Positions 28,276-38,247 of a stretch of DNA of 64,000 nt are shown piece after piece. The translations under genes were made by a program, and so were the position numbers. The stretch's first letter is position 1. Each line of letters begins with the position of its first letter. This stretch comes from an uncultured Candidatus Saccharibacteria bacterium. GTDB taxonomy: Bacteria; Patescibacteriota; Minisyncoccia; Ryanbacterales; GWA2-47-10b. The stretch lies in contig CAYHJF010000001.1 in the NCBI GenBank assembly GCA_964356915.1, positions 77,743 to 141,742 of the forward strand, written 5' to 3'. The notes under the pieces were generated by a model. The model was given only the letters and a program-made list of their open reading frames with translations. It was not told the DNA's origin and searched no databases.

Positions 28276-28887
28276 ATGGAAACATTGATACAAAAGCCTC
28301 GCATTAACCATCAAATACGAGTCCCGGAAGTTCGGGTCATTGGAGAGGACGGCTCAAACCTCGGGGTTCAGCCAACCGCCAACGCCCTTGAACTCGCACT
28401 GGCTTCAGGCCTTGATCTTATTGAGATCTCGCCAACCGCACAGCCACCGGTAGTTCGTATCATGGATCGCGGCAAATATCAGTATCAACTCGATAAAGAA
28501 GCTCGGCAGGCACGTAAAAAATCGAAAGAAATTGAAATCCGCGGCATTCGAGTACGCCTTGGAACAGGCCTCAACGACCTGATTCTAAAAGCAAAAAAGG
28601 CTGAAGAGTTCCTATCGGATGGAGACCGAGTACAGATCCAGATGACGCTTCGTGGCCGAGAGAAAGGGATCAATAAGGATTTCGTTCACGAACGTCTTAA
28701 AAAATTATTGGAAGCGATAACCGTACCGTTCAAAGTAGCCGAAGCACCTAAAAAAGGACCGCGAGGACTTCTTATCACAATCGAACCAGACCACAATGGC
28801 AAAAACAAACAAATCAGTACTGAAAAGAATCAAGGTGACCAAAACGGGCAAAATCATGAAGCGAAGCCCGCACCAGAATCACTTTAG
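28276..28887 (+). CDS. infC: translation initiation factor IF-3 with C-terminal extension
   Basis: INHQIRVPEVRVIGEDGSNLGV and IMDRGKYQYQ motifs; 203 aa; low-complexity tail overlaps the rpmI start. Confidence 0.85.
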   Translation: METLIQKPRINHQIRVPEVRVIGEDGSNLGVQPTANALELALASGLDLIEISPTAQPPVVRIMDRGKYQYQLDKEARQARKKSKEIEIRGIRVRLGTGLNDLILKAKKAEEFLSDGDRVQIQMTLRGREKGINKDFVHERLKKLLEAITVPFKVAEAPKKGPRGLLITIEPDHNGKNKQISTEKNQGDQNGQNHEAKPAPESL

Positions 28888-28984
28888 TGCAAAACAGCGT
28901 CGCTCAAAGCAAATCGCCCGTAAAGGGTGGAAGGAATTTCAAATGGGCCAGGCTATTAAAAATCGTTATCTCCCGAACACCTAA
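28796..28984 (+). CDS. rpmI: ribosomal protein L35
   Basis: MAKTNKSVLKRIKVTKTGKIMKR...; 62 aa; canonical infC-rpmI-rplT order. Confidence 0.85.
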   Translation: MAKTNKSVLKRIKVTKTGKIMKRSPHQNHFSAKQRRSKQIARKGWKEFQMGQAIKNRYLPNT

Positions 28985-28986
28985 CC

Positions 28987-29334
28987 ATGACACGCGTTAA
29001 ACGAGGTACTATCGCGACAAAACGTCGTCGCAACGTCCTCAAACAAACTAAAGGATTCCGCTGGCAACGTAGCAAGAAAGAGCGCGCAGCAAAGGAAGCG
29101 CTCCTCCATGCATATACTCACTCATTCCAAGACCGCCGCAAAAAGAAAAGGGTATTTCGAAAGCAATGGAATGTCACGATTAATGCCGCATCTCGCCAAA
29201 ACGGAGTTTCATACAGCAAGTTGATCGCAGCACTCAAAAAGATGCATATCGATCTCGACAGAAAGATTCTCTCAATTCTTGCTAAGAAACATCCTGAGGT
29301 ATTTGAAAAGATACTCAAAGAAGCCGTCAAATAA
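28987..29334 (+). CDS. rplT: ribosomal protein L20
   Basis: MTRVKRGTIATKRRRNVLKQTKGF...; 115 aa. Confidence 0.9.
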   Translation: MTRVKRGTIATKRRRNVLKQTKGFRWQRSKKERAAKEALLHAYTHSFQDRRKKKRVFRKQWNVTINAASRQNGVSYSKLIAALKKMHIDLDRKILSILAKKHPEVFEKILKEAVK

Positions 29335-29344
29335 AAAAACAAAA

Positions 29345-29380
29345 ACCTCTCACTCTGAGAGGTTTTTGTTTTTTTATTTA
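29345..29380 (+). terminator. intrinsic terminator
   Basis: cctctcactctgagagg hairpin followed by a T-run. Confidence 0.65.
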
Positions 29381-29388
29381 TTCTACAC

Positions 29389-30129
29389 TTATGCGGGCAT
29401 GTACGTCCCGAGAATATACATTACGTAGACTCCGAGAAAAACGAGAGCAACCTGAACGATCGCCGAAGACTTATGTCGGTGGTGTAGCTCCGGAATCAAA
29501 TCCGAGGCTGCAAGATATAAGAAATTTCCAGCTACAACAGCAAGTAGATATCCAAGCACACCATCAAACGACGCCAACTTCATCCCAAGTAATGCCCCCA
29601 TAAGAGTAGTGACTGAAACTCCAACGTTCGCGATAAGTGCTTTTTTCTTACTGAAACCTCCGTGCAACAAAATAACGTAATCGCTCACCTCTTGAGGTAT
29701 TTCATGCGCGAGGATTGCAAGGGTAGCTAATGTACCAAGTTCGATACTCGCCTGGAAAGAAAGTGCGATAGCGACTCCATCAATAAAATTATGAATCGCA
29801 TCTCCAAAAATTACGAGGTACGGAGCAGCATCAACATGATCATCAGTTTCCTCATGCTCATGCGCGTGATACCAAAAGATTAATTTCTCAAGTACAAAGA
29901 ATAAAAGAAATCCGCCAAGCACCCACGAAAGCGAACTACGCGTATCAATTAATTCAAGCGACTCAGGTAGTACATCAAAAAATACTACCCCCAACAACGC
30001 ACCGACCGCAAAGCTAATAAACCAATGAACAAAACGTCGCACAAATCGCTCATTCATAATAACCGCGAGGCTCGCGGAAAAAGACACTAATGATTCAAGC
30101 GCGCTCGCGATGAGTATCGGAATTATCAT
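29389..30129 (-). CDS. ZIP family metal (zinc) transporter
   Basis: HEIPQEVSDYVILL signature and His-rich loop HAHEHEETDDH; 246 aa; ~8 TM. Confidence 0.8.
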   Translation of the reverse strand: MIIPILIASALESLVSFSASLAVIMNERFVRRFVHWFISFAVGALLGVVFFDVLPESLELIDTRSSLSWVLGGFLLFFVLEKLIFWYHAHEHEETDDHVDAAPYLVIFGDAIHNFIDGVAIALSFQASIELGTLATLAILAHEIPQEVSDYVILLHGGFSKKKALIANVGVSVTTLMGALLGMKLASFDGVLGYLLAVVAGNFLYLAASDLIPELHHRHKSSAIVQVALVFLGVYVMYILGTYMPA

Positions 30130-30640
30130 TATTTTTTTGTTTTAATTGTTTTCCATCCGACTTTTGTCGACGCGTAACGCTTGCGTGAGCACGCTCAAGC
30201 ACGGTACGCATATTTTTATGTTTCAACATCGTACGCGCTTTTTCATACGAAGCCCAGTGAAAATTTTTATGTTCCTCTGAAATTTGTACGCGTCCGTCAA
30301 AAACTTGTCCAAGATAGAACACTGCGTACTTCAAGCGTTTCTCCTGATTATCTGATTTTGGCGGCCACGCATATCGAAATTTTATATGCTCCTTATATCC
30401 CGGGAGAAAACGCATCCGCGTGTATCCCGTCTCTTCTTTTATTTCACGGCGAACTGTATCCATAACTTGTTCTCCCTCTTCAATGTGCCCTCGAGGAAAC
30501 GCCCAGTGGCCCTGCGGATACTGCAATAATAAATAGAGTATTTTGCCCTGCTTGCGTCGAAAAAGTACTGCACCAGCAGTCTGCTCAATCTTTATATCTT
30601 TATCCCGTTTTGGGTTTTTCTGTACTTTCTCTTCCAGCAT
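30095..30640 (-). CDS. Nudix hydrolase
   Basis: Nudix box GHWAFPRGHIEEGEQVMDTVRREIKEETGY; start trimmed to MLEEKVQ...; the 271-aa track ORF has an implausible Arg/Cys-rich N-terminal extension. Confidence 0.75.
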   Translation of the reverse strand: MLEEKVQKNPKRDKDIKIEQTAGAVLFRRKQGKILYLLLQYPQGHWAFPRGHIEEGEQVMDTVRREIKEETGYTRMRFLPGYKEHIKFRYAWPPKSDNQEKRLKYAVFYLGQVFDGRVQISEEHKNFHWASYEKARTMLKHKNMRTVLERAHASVTRRQKSDGKQLKQKNNDNSDTHRERA

Positions 30641-30994
30641 AAGTCTATTGTACACCACAGTATGCCATACGAATCCCCATCTTGTCTCGACTCCTATTGA
30701 ATAAACGGAGTTATTAACAGATATCGTAATAGGCTGTATTGAACATAACGCTCTTGATGATACTCTGGATTCAGGACCCCACAAGAAGCAAAGGTGTAAG
30801 AAGTGTGAGAGTGACCAAAAAGCTCTCGCGCAACGCGCAGCCCGACGTCTATACGTCATCCCACAAACACACCCCCTACACCCTCGCTTCCTCAGCACCT
30901 TCCCAAACAATCAAAAAAACTTCACCCATCACTCGCTGATGGGTCGTTTTGTATTTAGATTAAAAAAATAAAAAAATGAGTGTAGCAAAACTAT

Positions 30995-31627
30995 TTACTC
31001 GTCTCCCAAAAAAACTGACTCGCTCTTTGTATTCTCTTTTTGAATAAATGGATAGAGCATCATTAATACAACAACGCTTGCCATATTTAAGAGCGCACCA
31101 ATCAAGAATAAAATTTTAAACCCATATGCATCAGCAATGATGCCTCCGTATGCACTCCCCACAGCGGTTGAAAGCGTAAGACCAACAACACTAAGTAAAC
31201 TCCACTCAAACGCATCGCGTCCCTGATCAAGATGATGAGAAAATACAGAATAGTATGCGGCCATTAAAAGTGCTCCGCCAACTCCAGACATAATTTGTAA
31301 AAGATAAAGCTCCATAGTCGTACTCACAAATGGCAACGCGATAGGATATAGAGTTCCTAAAATACTACCTCCGAGCATCGCATAAAAATCATCCTTCTCT
31401 CCTTTTTCTAAATCAAGATAGCGCGCGATGGGAATTTGGACTACTGATTTTGCGACTGCCTCTACCGCAATTGCAAACCCTACTGTCGCAAGCGTTGCAC
31501 CCATAATAAATTTACCGATAAATATAGCAAAAAGTGGACCGAACAAAGAAAAGCTCACGTTCGCAATAAATAAAATAACTAAGAGAAGCTTAATTACTTT
31601 ATTGACATGAATGGAAAGATGAAACAT
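30995..31627 (-). CDS. 6-TM membrane protein (half-size MFS-like)
   Basis: 210 aa with six hydrophobic helices resembling the C-terminal half of an MFS transporter; possibly truncated. Confidence 0.4.
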   Translation of the reverse strand: MFHLSIHVNKVIKLLLVILFIANVSFSLFGPLFAIFIGKFIMGATLATVGFAIAVEAVAKSVVQIPIARYLDLEKGEKDDFYAMLGGSILGTLYPIALPFVSTTMELYLLQIMSGVGGALLMAAYYSVFSHHLDQGRDAFEWSLLSVVGLTLSTAVGSAYGGIIADAYGFKILFLIGALLNMASVVVLMMLYPFIQKENTKSESVFLGDE

Positions 31628-31636
31628 AAAAAAATT

Positions 31637-32257
31637 TTAGAATAAATGATCCTGCATATCCTCTGACTTTTGCGCGTGAACTGAATTATGAGCCACTAAA
31701 GAAGAAGCCATCCTCTCTAGTTCTACGGGTAACCGCTTAAAACTCTCCTCGAGTTGCCGCAACGTTTCCGTAGAGCGCAGTGCGGCAGCTGGATGGAAGA
31801 CGGGATACACATGCCGGCCCTCAACATGAAACATGCGTCCCTGGTCTCGCGATATTTTCCCCTCTGGCAAAAAATAGTTCATCGCAAAACGCCCGAGTGG
31901 CACAATAATTTTAGGATTCACGATATTAATCTGTCGCGTAAGATATGGTTTGTACGCGGCTATCTCCTCTGGTAGAGGATCGCGATTTTCGGGAGGTCGA
32001 CGTTTTACGATATTAGTAATATATACGCTACCTCGTTCCCAACCGATACTACCAAGCAACTTATCGAGTAACTGTCCGGAGCGCCCAACAAACGGTCGTC
32101 CTTGCTGATCCTCGCGAAGCCCGGGCGCCTCTCCAATACACATAACTTTTGCCTCAACATCCCCCTCGCCAAATACAAGATTCGCCCCCTGAAGTGGCAA
32201 CATCTTATCACCTACTACTTCTAATTCGAGGACTCGTAACTCATCGCTCTTTGTCAT
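31637..32257 (-). CDS. uracil-DNA glycosylase, family 4
   Basis: GEAPGLREDQQGRPFVGRSGQLL motif; 206 aa. Confidence 0.8.
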   Translation of the reverse strand: MTKSDELRVLELEVVGDKMLPLQGANLVFGEGDVEAKVMCIGEAPGLREDQQGRPFVGRSGQLLDKLLGSIGWERGSVYITNIVKRRPPENRDPLPEEIAAYKPYLTRQINIVNPKIIVPLGRFAMNYFLPEGKISRDQGRMFHVEGRHVYPVFHPAAALRSTETLRQLEESFKRLPVELERMASSLVAHNSVHAQKSEDMQDHLF

Positions 32258-32284
32258 ACATCAAGTCTCGCTGATTTTTTACGA

Positions 32285-33382
32285 TCAAGCAATGAAACCG
32301 ATAACACCGAAAATCTCTAAAAGGGCGCCGACTAAAAGTAATGTACTAAGCCCAAGAACTACTGCAAGACGGGTTGATAAAACTCGACGAGCAAGAAGTG
32401 CTATCGAGATACCTTCTATTCCTATTCCAAGAGCACCCACAATACTAATAATCTCTACAAAATCATTAATCCCTACAAAAAATAGTGCCGGAGGTACCAT
32501 CGCGACCAATAACCATGCAGTTATTGGTCTTGAGCCAAAGTCATACTCAAACGTAAAACGAAGCTCAAGCCCGAGTGTCAGATAAGACGTTACAATAGCA
32601 AGAAAACCAATCAATGAACCAATAACAAGCAGTCGACCGTACAAAATAGAAAGAGCATCTTGCGGAACTGCCTCACCCCCAATACCAAGTATTGCGGCAA
32701 TAAAAAGAGCATACAAAAATCCAACGATAATGGTCGTCACGAGCGTGATACTACGAAATCGCCTTTGCTCCCGACGACCGATCATGTCGATAACTTCAGG
32801 AACGACTGAAGCACCTGAAAACGCGAACAGGAAGATTCCATAGGGCAAAAACCAATCTCCACTGCCTTGCCATACCGTAGCCGGCAATACCTCAAACTGA
32901 GGGAGCAACATCCCACTCAAAAGTAGAATGAAAAATATCAGAAAAACAGTCAACCAAAAATTCACACCTCCTGCACGCCGTAAGTTAAGGGCCGTCAGTA
33001 AGCCAGCACCGATAAAAAAAATCCCACTTAAAAATACAAGATTTTGATTTGGGAAAAAATGTCTAAGAAAAAGCCCTCCTAAAACACCGTACGCGAGCAA
33101 ATATCCAAAATAACTAAATAACCGAGCGGTAAACGTAACTGCATAGCCTGTAAACCCAAAATACTCTTGCATATACCCTGGAAGACGGTGCTCATCTCGA
33201 GCACCGTGGGCAAGAATGATTTTCCCGTAAAGAAGGTGCACGACCGTCACGATGATCGCCGCAAGAACAAAGTGAAAAAGTGACCATGGGATACCAGCTT
33301 GCGCAACCGCATAGGGCATAGCAAACATACCAGCACCCACAATCATACCGATAAAAAGTCCGAGAGCTTCAAACGTCCGCAT
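32285..33382 (-). CDS. polytopic membrane transporter (amino acid permease-like)
   Basis: 365 aa, 10-11 TM helices; APC-like topology; no decisive motif. Confidence 0.45.
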   Translation of the reverse strand: MRTFEALGLFIGMIVGAGMFAMPYAVAQAGIPWSLFHFVLAAIIVTVVHLLYGKIILAHGARDEHRLPGYMQEYFGFTGYAVTFTARLFSYFGYLLAYGVLGGLFLRHFFPNQNLVFLSGIFFIGAGLLTALNLRRAGGVNFWLTVFLIFFILLLSGMLLPQFEVLPATVWQGSGDWFLPYGIFLFAFSGASVVPEVIDMIGRREQRRFRSITLVTTIIVGFLYALFIAAILGIGGEAVPQDALSILYGRLLVIGSLIGFLAIVTSYLTLGLELRFTFEYDFGSRPITAWLLVAMVPPALFFVGINDFVEIISIVGALGIGIEGISIALLARRVLSTRLAVVLGLSTLLLVGALLEIFGVIGFIA

Positions 33383-33385
33383 ATT

Positions 33386-33967
33386 TCAAACGCCCTGCTC
33401 TTTCACTTTATTTACCACTTCCGTAAGACGCTTGAGAAGAACCAACGGATCTTTCTCAATAACAATATTGGCATTGTCCTTCGCTCTATTAGAGACTTTG
33501 ATAATCTCATCAAGCAAATCTGTCGTTCCGCCACTTTCGGCAAGAATACCGATTGGCTTTCCATCTTCAAACGCAATCGTAAACTCATTTAATGTTCCTA
33601 TTCGCCCACATCCAATGATCACGGCGTCCGACGATCGAGTCAAAAGAAGATTGCGACCGGAGTATCCGAATCCTGTGTAGACAACCATATCCATATAATC
33701 AATCGGTAACTTGTATTGTTCGACGTGCTCTTTTTCTGACGCCGCAGGAGAAATGCCAATTGTAAAACCATTTCCTTCCTTTGCTCCAATAGCAGCCCAA
33801 TATGGAAAACCTGTCGTTGCACCATTTACTAAAATACCTCCCATATCGGCGATACCCTTCCCAATCGCCTTACCTACATCAAGCGCATCAATCGAACAGT
33901 GCCCTGTTTCCGCTGCACCTGAAATACAAAATTTAAGTCGCCGATGGATATGCTGTTTTTCTATCAT
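33386..33967 (-). CDS. LOG/TIGR00725 family Rossmann-fold protein
   Basis: 193 aa; GxGxxG-like ...VVYTGFGYSGRN... and ...IIGCGRIGTLNEF... typical of LOG-family proteins. Confidence 0.55.
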   Translation of the reverse strand: MIEKQHIHRRLKFCISGAAETGHCSIDALDVGKAIGKGIADMGGILVNGATTGFPYWAAIGAKEGNGFTIGISPAASEKEHVEQYKLPIDYMDMVVYTGFGYSGRNLLLTRSSDAVIIGCGRIGTLNEFTIAFEDGKPIGILAESGGTTDLLDEIIKVSNRAKDNANIVIEKDPLVLLKRLTEVVNKVKEQGV

Positions 33968-33979
33968 GCCTATATTCTA

Positions 33980-35332
33980 TCAGAATGAGACTGAGTCACC
34001 AAAATGAGGAGCACCCGCATTTACTCCAAGATAATCGCGTGCCCGCTGAACGAGAAACAAGCTCGCTGCCGCATCCCCTTGTACAACAAATACTTGCTTG
34101 AGCGTATCGCGATTCGACTCAATAAACGCGAGCAAGTCATTTGAATCAGCGTGTGCTGAGTACCCACGAATTGAACGAACGTCGCACCGCACAGGAACCT
34201 CTTCGCCAAAAATCCGCACTGACGATGCTTTCTCGATGATTTGGCGTGCGATAGAACCCGCAGCCGCATATCCGATGAATAAGATTGTATTCTCTTTCTG
34301 AGGAAGATAACGACGAGCATGGTGCAAAATACGCCCGCCAGTCATCATGCCAGCACCCGCAAGAATAATTTTTGGGCCCTTTACTGTATTAATATTTTTT
34401 GACTCATCACTCGTCAACGTTCGCTGAAGAAGCGGGAAATTAAAAATATCGTCTCCCTCACGAATCAATTTCTTGGTGTCGTCGCTAAAATATGACGTAT
34501 ATTTTCGATATACTGCTGTCGCTTTGATAGAAAGTGGACTATCAAGGAATACTGGCACGGATGTTACCCGCCCATGCTCAATCAACTCATTTAAATCAAC
34601 TAGAATCTCCTGCGTACGTTCGAGCGCAAACGCTGGGATCATCAACGTGCCGCCCCTCTTTATTGTATCTTCGATCGCGCGCTCAAATTTTTCTTTTCGT
34701 TCACCACGATCTTCATGAACCCGATTTCCATATGCCGATTCAATTGTTAAATAATCAACATTTGCTACATGATCCGTTGGCGGCAATAACGGCATCGGCA
34801 CATTACCTAAATCTCCCGTAAACAAAAATGTCTTTCCCTGAACTTTAATCTCCACCATCGCTGAACCAAGAATATGTGCTGCATTAAAAAATTTAACCTC
34901 AAAATCACCAACATGAAATGTCTCGTAGTACGGAACTGTATCCCACATCTCGAGAGCATGCTTGAGATCTTCCATGTCATAGAACGCACCACTCTCTCCT
35001 TCGCGCGTTGCCTCTTTTTCCAAAACACCAAGGCTGTCCTCGAGCATGAGTGCGGCAAAATCTTTAGTCGGGGGAGTTGAATATATTTTTCCCGTAAAAC
35101 CGGCACGCGCAAGTTTTGGGACACGACCCACGTGATCAATATGTGCGTGAGTTACAAAGAGCGCATCGATGGTTTTTGGATCATACGCAAATTCTTCTTT
35201 GTTTTTGGCGGCGCAAAAACGTGGACATTGAAACATTCCGCAGTCAACAAGAATTCGTGTATGCTCGGTTTCGAGTAAATAATTAGCGCCTGTTACCTCT
35301 TGAGTACCCCCATGAAATGAAAGCTTAAGCAT
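33980..35332 (-). CDS. MBL-fold beta-CASP ribonuclease (RNase J/CPSF-like)
   Basis: HAHIDHVG motif II, beta-CASP region; start trimmed to MLKLSFHGG... Confidence 0.75.
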   Translation of the reverse strand: MLKLSFHGGTQEVTGANYLLETEHTRILVDCGMFQCPRFCAAKNKEEFAYDPKTIDALFVTHAHIDHVGRVPKLARAGFTGKIYSTPPTKDFAALMLEDSLGVLEKEATREGESGAFYDMEDLKHALEMWDTVPYYETFHVGDFEVKFFNAAHILGSAMVEIKVQGKTFLFTGDLGNVPMPLLPPTDHVANVDYLTIESAYGNRVHEDRGERKEKFERAIEDTIKRGGTLMIPAFALERTQEILVDLNELIEHGRVTSVPVFLDSPLSIKATAVYRKYTSYFSDDTKKLIREGDDIFNFPLLQRTLTSDESKNINTVKGPKIILAGAGMMTGGRILHHARRYLPQKENTILFIGYAAAGSIARQIIEKASSVRIFGEEVPVRCDVRSIRGYSAHADSNDLLAFIESNRDTLKQVFVVQGDAAASLFLVQRARDYLGVNAGAPHFGDSVSF

Positions 35333-35705
35333 GTACCCTATTATATCGAGAAAGAACCGCCCACAACAGGACTGCCCCCATGATATCCATGGAAAGATCA
35401 AAGATAGTATCGAGTTGCCAAATCGGGTCTGTAAGTCGCACTTCGCCAACCCCAAAAAATGGTGCACTGATAAAGAATTCCAGCGCCTCCCATAGTCCGC
35501 CAACAACAAGAACTATTGTAATGAGCGCACTAAACCCCGAACGAGGAATGAATGAGTGTACGACAATCGCAATCCAAGCACCACCAAGCGCATGCATCAC
35601 AAAATCAGTCCACCAGACATTCTCATAGGTGTGATTTAATATCAAACAACGATGCGTGAGCATGAGGGCTGCAAGCATGACTACAATCAAAAGAAAATTT
35701 CTCAC
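35325..35705 (-). CDS. hypothetical 4-TM membrane protein
   Basis: 126 aa, hydrophobic. Confidence 0.35.
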   Translation of the reverse strand: MRNFLLIVVMLAALMLTHRCLILNHTYENVWWTDFVMHALGGAWIAIVVHSFIPRSGFSALITIVLVVGGLWEALEFFISAPFFGVGEVRLTDPIWQLDTIFDLSMDIMGAVLLWAVLSRYNRVHA

Positions 35706-35711
35706 AGTACC

Positions 35712-36308
35712 TTAAAACATTGAATCCTCTTCCGAACGATGAAAGCTATGGATTTCCTCTGAGGTAAACCAATGCTTAATCTCGTAGGCCGCTTCTTCTG
35801 GATTACCGGATGCGTGAATAAGATTATGTACGGCGCGCTTTTGAACATTGGCGAGCACGGGAGAGTCTACTGAAAAATCACCACGGATTGTACCCATCTC
35901 AGCAAAAGCCGGAATCGTTGAACCAATGATTTTACGAACCATCTTGATAGCATGCAATCCCTCTATAACAATTTTTACAATCGGACCTGAAATCATAAAA
36001 TCAACAAGCCACTCGCGTACACGCCCTCCAATCTCTAATTCATCCTCTGTTCCGTAATCATCCATGAGCGTTGAAGGAATATTAAATTCCTGATAGCTGC
36101 GAGACGTGTTCTTGCCAAGTCCTTGAATCCATCCTGTATCTTTAGGGTAATGATCATTCATCTGCTCCTTTGTAGGATGAATCATTTGAAGCGCGATAAC
36201 CTTGAGCCCGCGCTGCTCAATGCGACGAATAATCTCACCGATTAACGCGCGTTTTACACCGTCGGGTTTAATAAGAATGAGCGTCCGTTCTTGTTGTGGC
36301 TTTGCCAT
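35712..36308 (-). CDS. ndk: nucleoside diphosphate kinase with ~45-aa internal insertion
   Basis: TLILIKPDGVKR..., NLIHASGNPEEAAYEIKHWF (active-site His); 198 aa versus ~140 typical. Confidence 0.85.
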   Translation of the reverse strand: MAKPQQERTLILIKPDGVKRALIGEIIRRIEQRGLKVIALQMIHPTKEQMNDHYPKDTGWIQGLGKNTSRSYQEFNIPSTLMDDYGTEDELEIGGRVREWLVDFMISGPIVKIVIEGLHAIKMVRKIIGSTIPAFAEMGTIRGDFSVDSPVLANVQKRAVHNLIHASGNPEEAAYEIKHWFTSEEIHSFHRSEEDSMF

Positions 36309-36344
36309 AATATAGTAGCTAGCCTATCACAATATAGAAAATAT

Positions 36345-37214
36345 TCAATCGCGAGTAATGCGCAAATCCCGTCCATCCGTTTCAAAAATTACCATTCCAT
36401 CTTGATCGGTACGAAACAATTTTGCGCCGATATGCTTAATGCGCTCGAGAGTTTTTAGGACAGGATGCCCATACCTATTATTCGCTCCGACCGACACGAC
36501 AGCAATTTCAGGATGAACTCTTTCAAGAAATAAATTTGTTGATGCATTCGCAGATCCATGATGCGCAACTTTTAAAACATCGCTCGCAAGCTCTGTTTTT
36601 GATAACGCTAAACGAATCTCGTCGCCCTTCTCGAGATCTCCAGCAAGAAAAAACTCTCTGGCACCATATTTCAACCGCCCGACAATCATTGACTCATTTG
36701 CTTTCTTTGACCTTGGAGCAAAATCTTCTGGCCACGGCCCTAAAATATCAAACTCGACTCCATCACCCAATACGATTCGGTCGCCGAGCAATATCGTGTC
36801 TTCAACAATGCCATGCTCTTTTATAAGTCCTACCCAATCGGCATACACCGTCGTACTCGCAGTCATACCGTTGGTAAAAATTCTCTCCACGTCATAATGC
36901 TTGAGAACCTCAACAAGACCTCCGAGGTGATCGGCATCTGTATGCGTCGCGATTACTACATCGATCGACTTATCGTAAGCGGGCATAATCTTACCCAATT
37001 CTGACAATACGCGTCCATTATATCCGCCGTCAATCAGCATTTGTTTACCCGATGGCGTTTCAATAAAAATCGCATCTCCCTGCCCTACATCCAACATAGC
37101 AACACGAAGCAAACCACCATGAAAAGAAAAAATCACGTACCATATAAATGTTGTGGCAAGTAATAAAATACCTACTATAAATTTTTGTAATCTAGAAAAC
37201 ATGAATCGATGCAA
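36345..37214 (-). CDS. ComEC/Rec2 C-terminal metallo-beta-lactamase domain protein
   Basis: VAMLDVGQGDAIFIETP... and HTDADHLGG motifs. Confidence 0.75.
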   Translation of the reverse strand: MHRFMFSRLQKFIVGILLLATTFIWYVIFSFHGGLLRVAMLDVGQGDAIFIETPSGKQMLIDGGYNGRVLSELGKIMPAYDKSIDVVIATHTDADHLGGLVEVLKHYDVERIFTNGMTASTTVYADWVGLIKEHGIVEDTILLGDRIVLGDGVEFDILGPWPEDFAPRSKKANESMIVGRLKYGAREFFLAGDLEKGDEIRLALSKTELASDVLKVAHHGSANASTNLFLERVHPEIAVVSVGANNRYGHPVLKTLERIKHIGAKLFRTDQDGMVIFETDGRDLRITRD

Positions 37215-38205
37215 AGAATTGTATCACCTGTAATTGATATGCTGCCACGAGATATACTGGCCATGCAATAAATGAGGCACTATAGGGCATAATGTATCCA
37301 GCGATACCTGCAAAAAAACCAAAGCCCATAAGAACCGGAATGGTTGGTAATACGAATACATTTGCAGGAATTGAAAATGGTGAAACTAAGCCAAAATAAT
37401 ATGTAATAAGCGGTAATGTTGCGATCTGCGCGGCAAGCGTTGAAGATAGTGCCTCACGAATGGCACGCGGTAAATATGCAAACTTTTTATCAAAAAATGG
37501 GACAAAGGTAATAAGCCCCCACGTGGCAGCAACCGACAACTGAAAGCCAATATCATTAAATAAAATCTCTGGAACAAAAAATATCATCATACTTGCAGCA
37601 AGCCATAATGCATTTTTTGTATCATAATTTTCTCCGTACGCGCGAGCAATAGAAACAAGTGATCCCATAATCGCAGCTCGTACCACGGAACTTGCGGCTC
37701 CTGTTGCAAGTACAAACATCCACACGGCCGCGAGCGCCACTGGCACATACTGCACAAAACGTCCTACATACTCAACAATAATAGTCACGTTATAACCAGA
37801 AAGAGCAGTGATATGCGATGTCCCTGTACGTCGAAAAGCATCTCTGATTTCGCGCGGAATATTTGAACGCACACCCACCATCACCCCTGCAACATACGAT
37901 CCGTATGGCTCCGGTAATGCTCGATTAAGCCCCGTAACAAAAGCGTCCCTTATCGGCACTAATAGTAAAACGAACGGTTCAAGAAAGCGAAATTCAATTA
38001 TCTCTCCGCTCCCACGAAGAACTCCGAGTAAGAAAAAAAATGCCGCGAATACGACAACGCGAAAATTACTTGTAGCAACAAATGAAAGCGCGATAAGAAG
38101 TGCTAACGTCAGCGCTCCCGTGCGAAATAAAAGCACCGACACAGGTAACAGAAACCCGAGGATAATACCAACAGCGAAAATAGCACAATACACGCGAACT
38201 CTCAT
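37192..38205 (-). CDS. ComEC/Rec2 competence-domain membrane protein
   Basis: 337 aa polytopic membrane protein immediately upstream of and overlapping (23 nt) the ComEC MBL ORF. Confidence 0.65.
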   Translation of the reverse strand: MRVRVYCAIFAVGIILGFLLPVSVLLFRTGALTLALLIALSFVATSNFRVVVFAAFFFLLGVLRGSGEIIEFRFLEPFVLLLVPIRDAFVTGLNRALPEPYGSYVAGVMVGVRSNIPREIRDAFRRTGTSHITALSGYNVTIIVEYVGRFVQYVPVALAAVWMFVLATGAASSVVRAAIMGSLVSIARAYGENYDTKNALWLAASMMIFFVPEILFNDIGFQLSVAATWGLITFVPFFDKKFAYLPRAIREALSSTLAAQIATLPLITYYFGLVSPFSIPANVFVLPTIPVLMGFGFFAGIAGYIMPYSASFIAWPVYLVAAYQLQVIQFFASIHVF

Positions 38206-38247
38206 ATATCTATTCGTACCAAAAAAATCAGAAAAATAAAAAAGCGG

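Noticed and set aside
30641-30910. N-terminal 90-aa extension of the Nudix hydrolase ORF (track start at 30910)
   Set aside because: The Arg/Cys-rich extension overlaps the upstream region and is unlike any Nudix N-terminus. The internal Met (MLEEK...) gives a normal ~180-aa Nudix protein.
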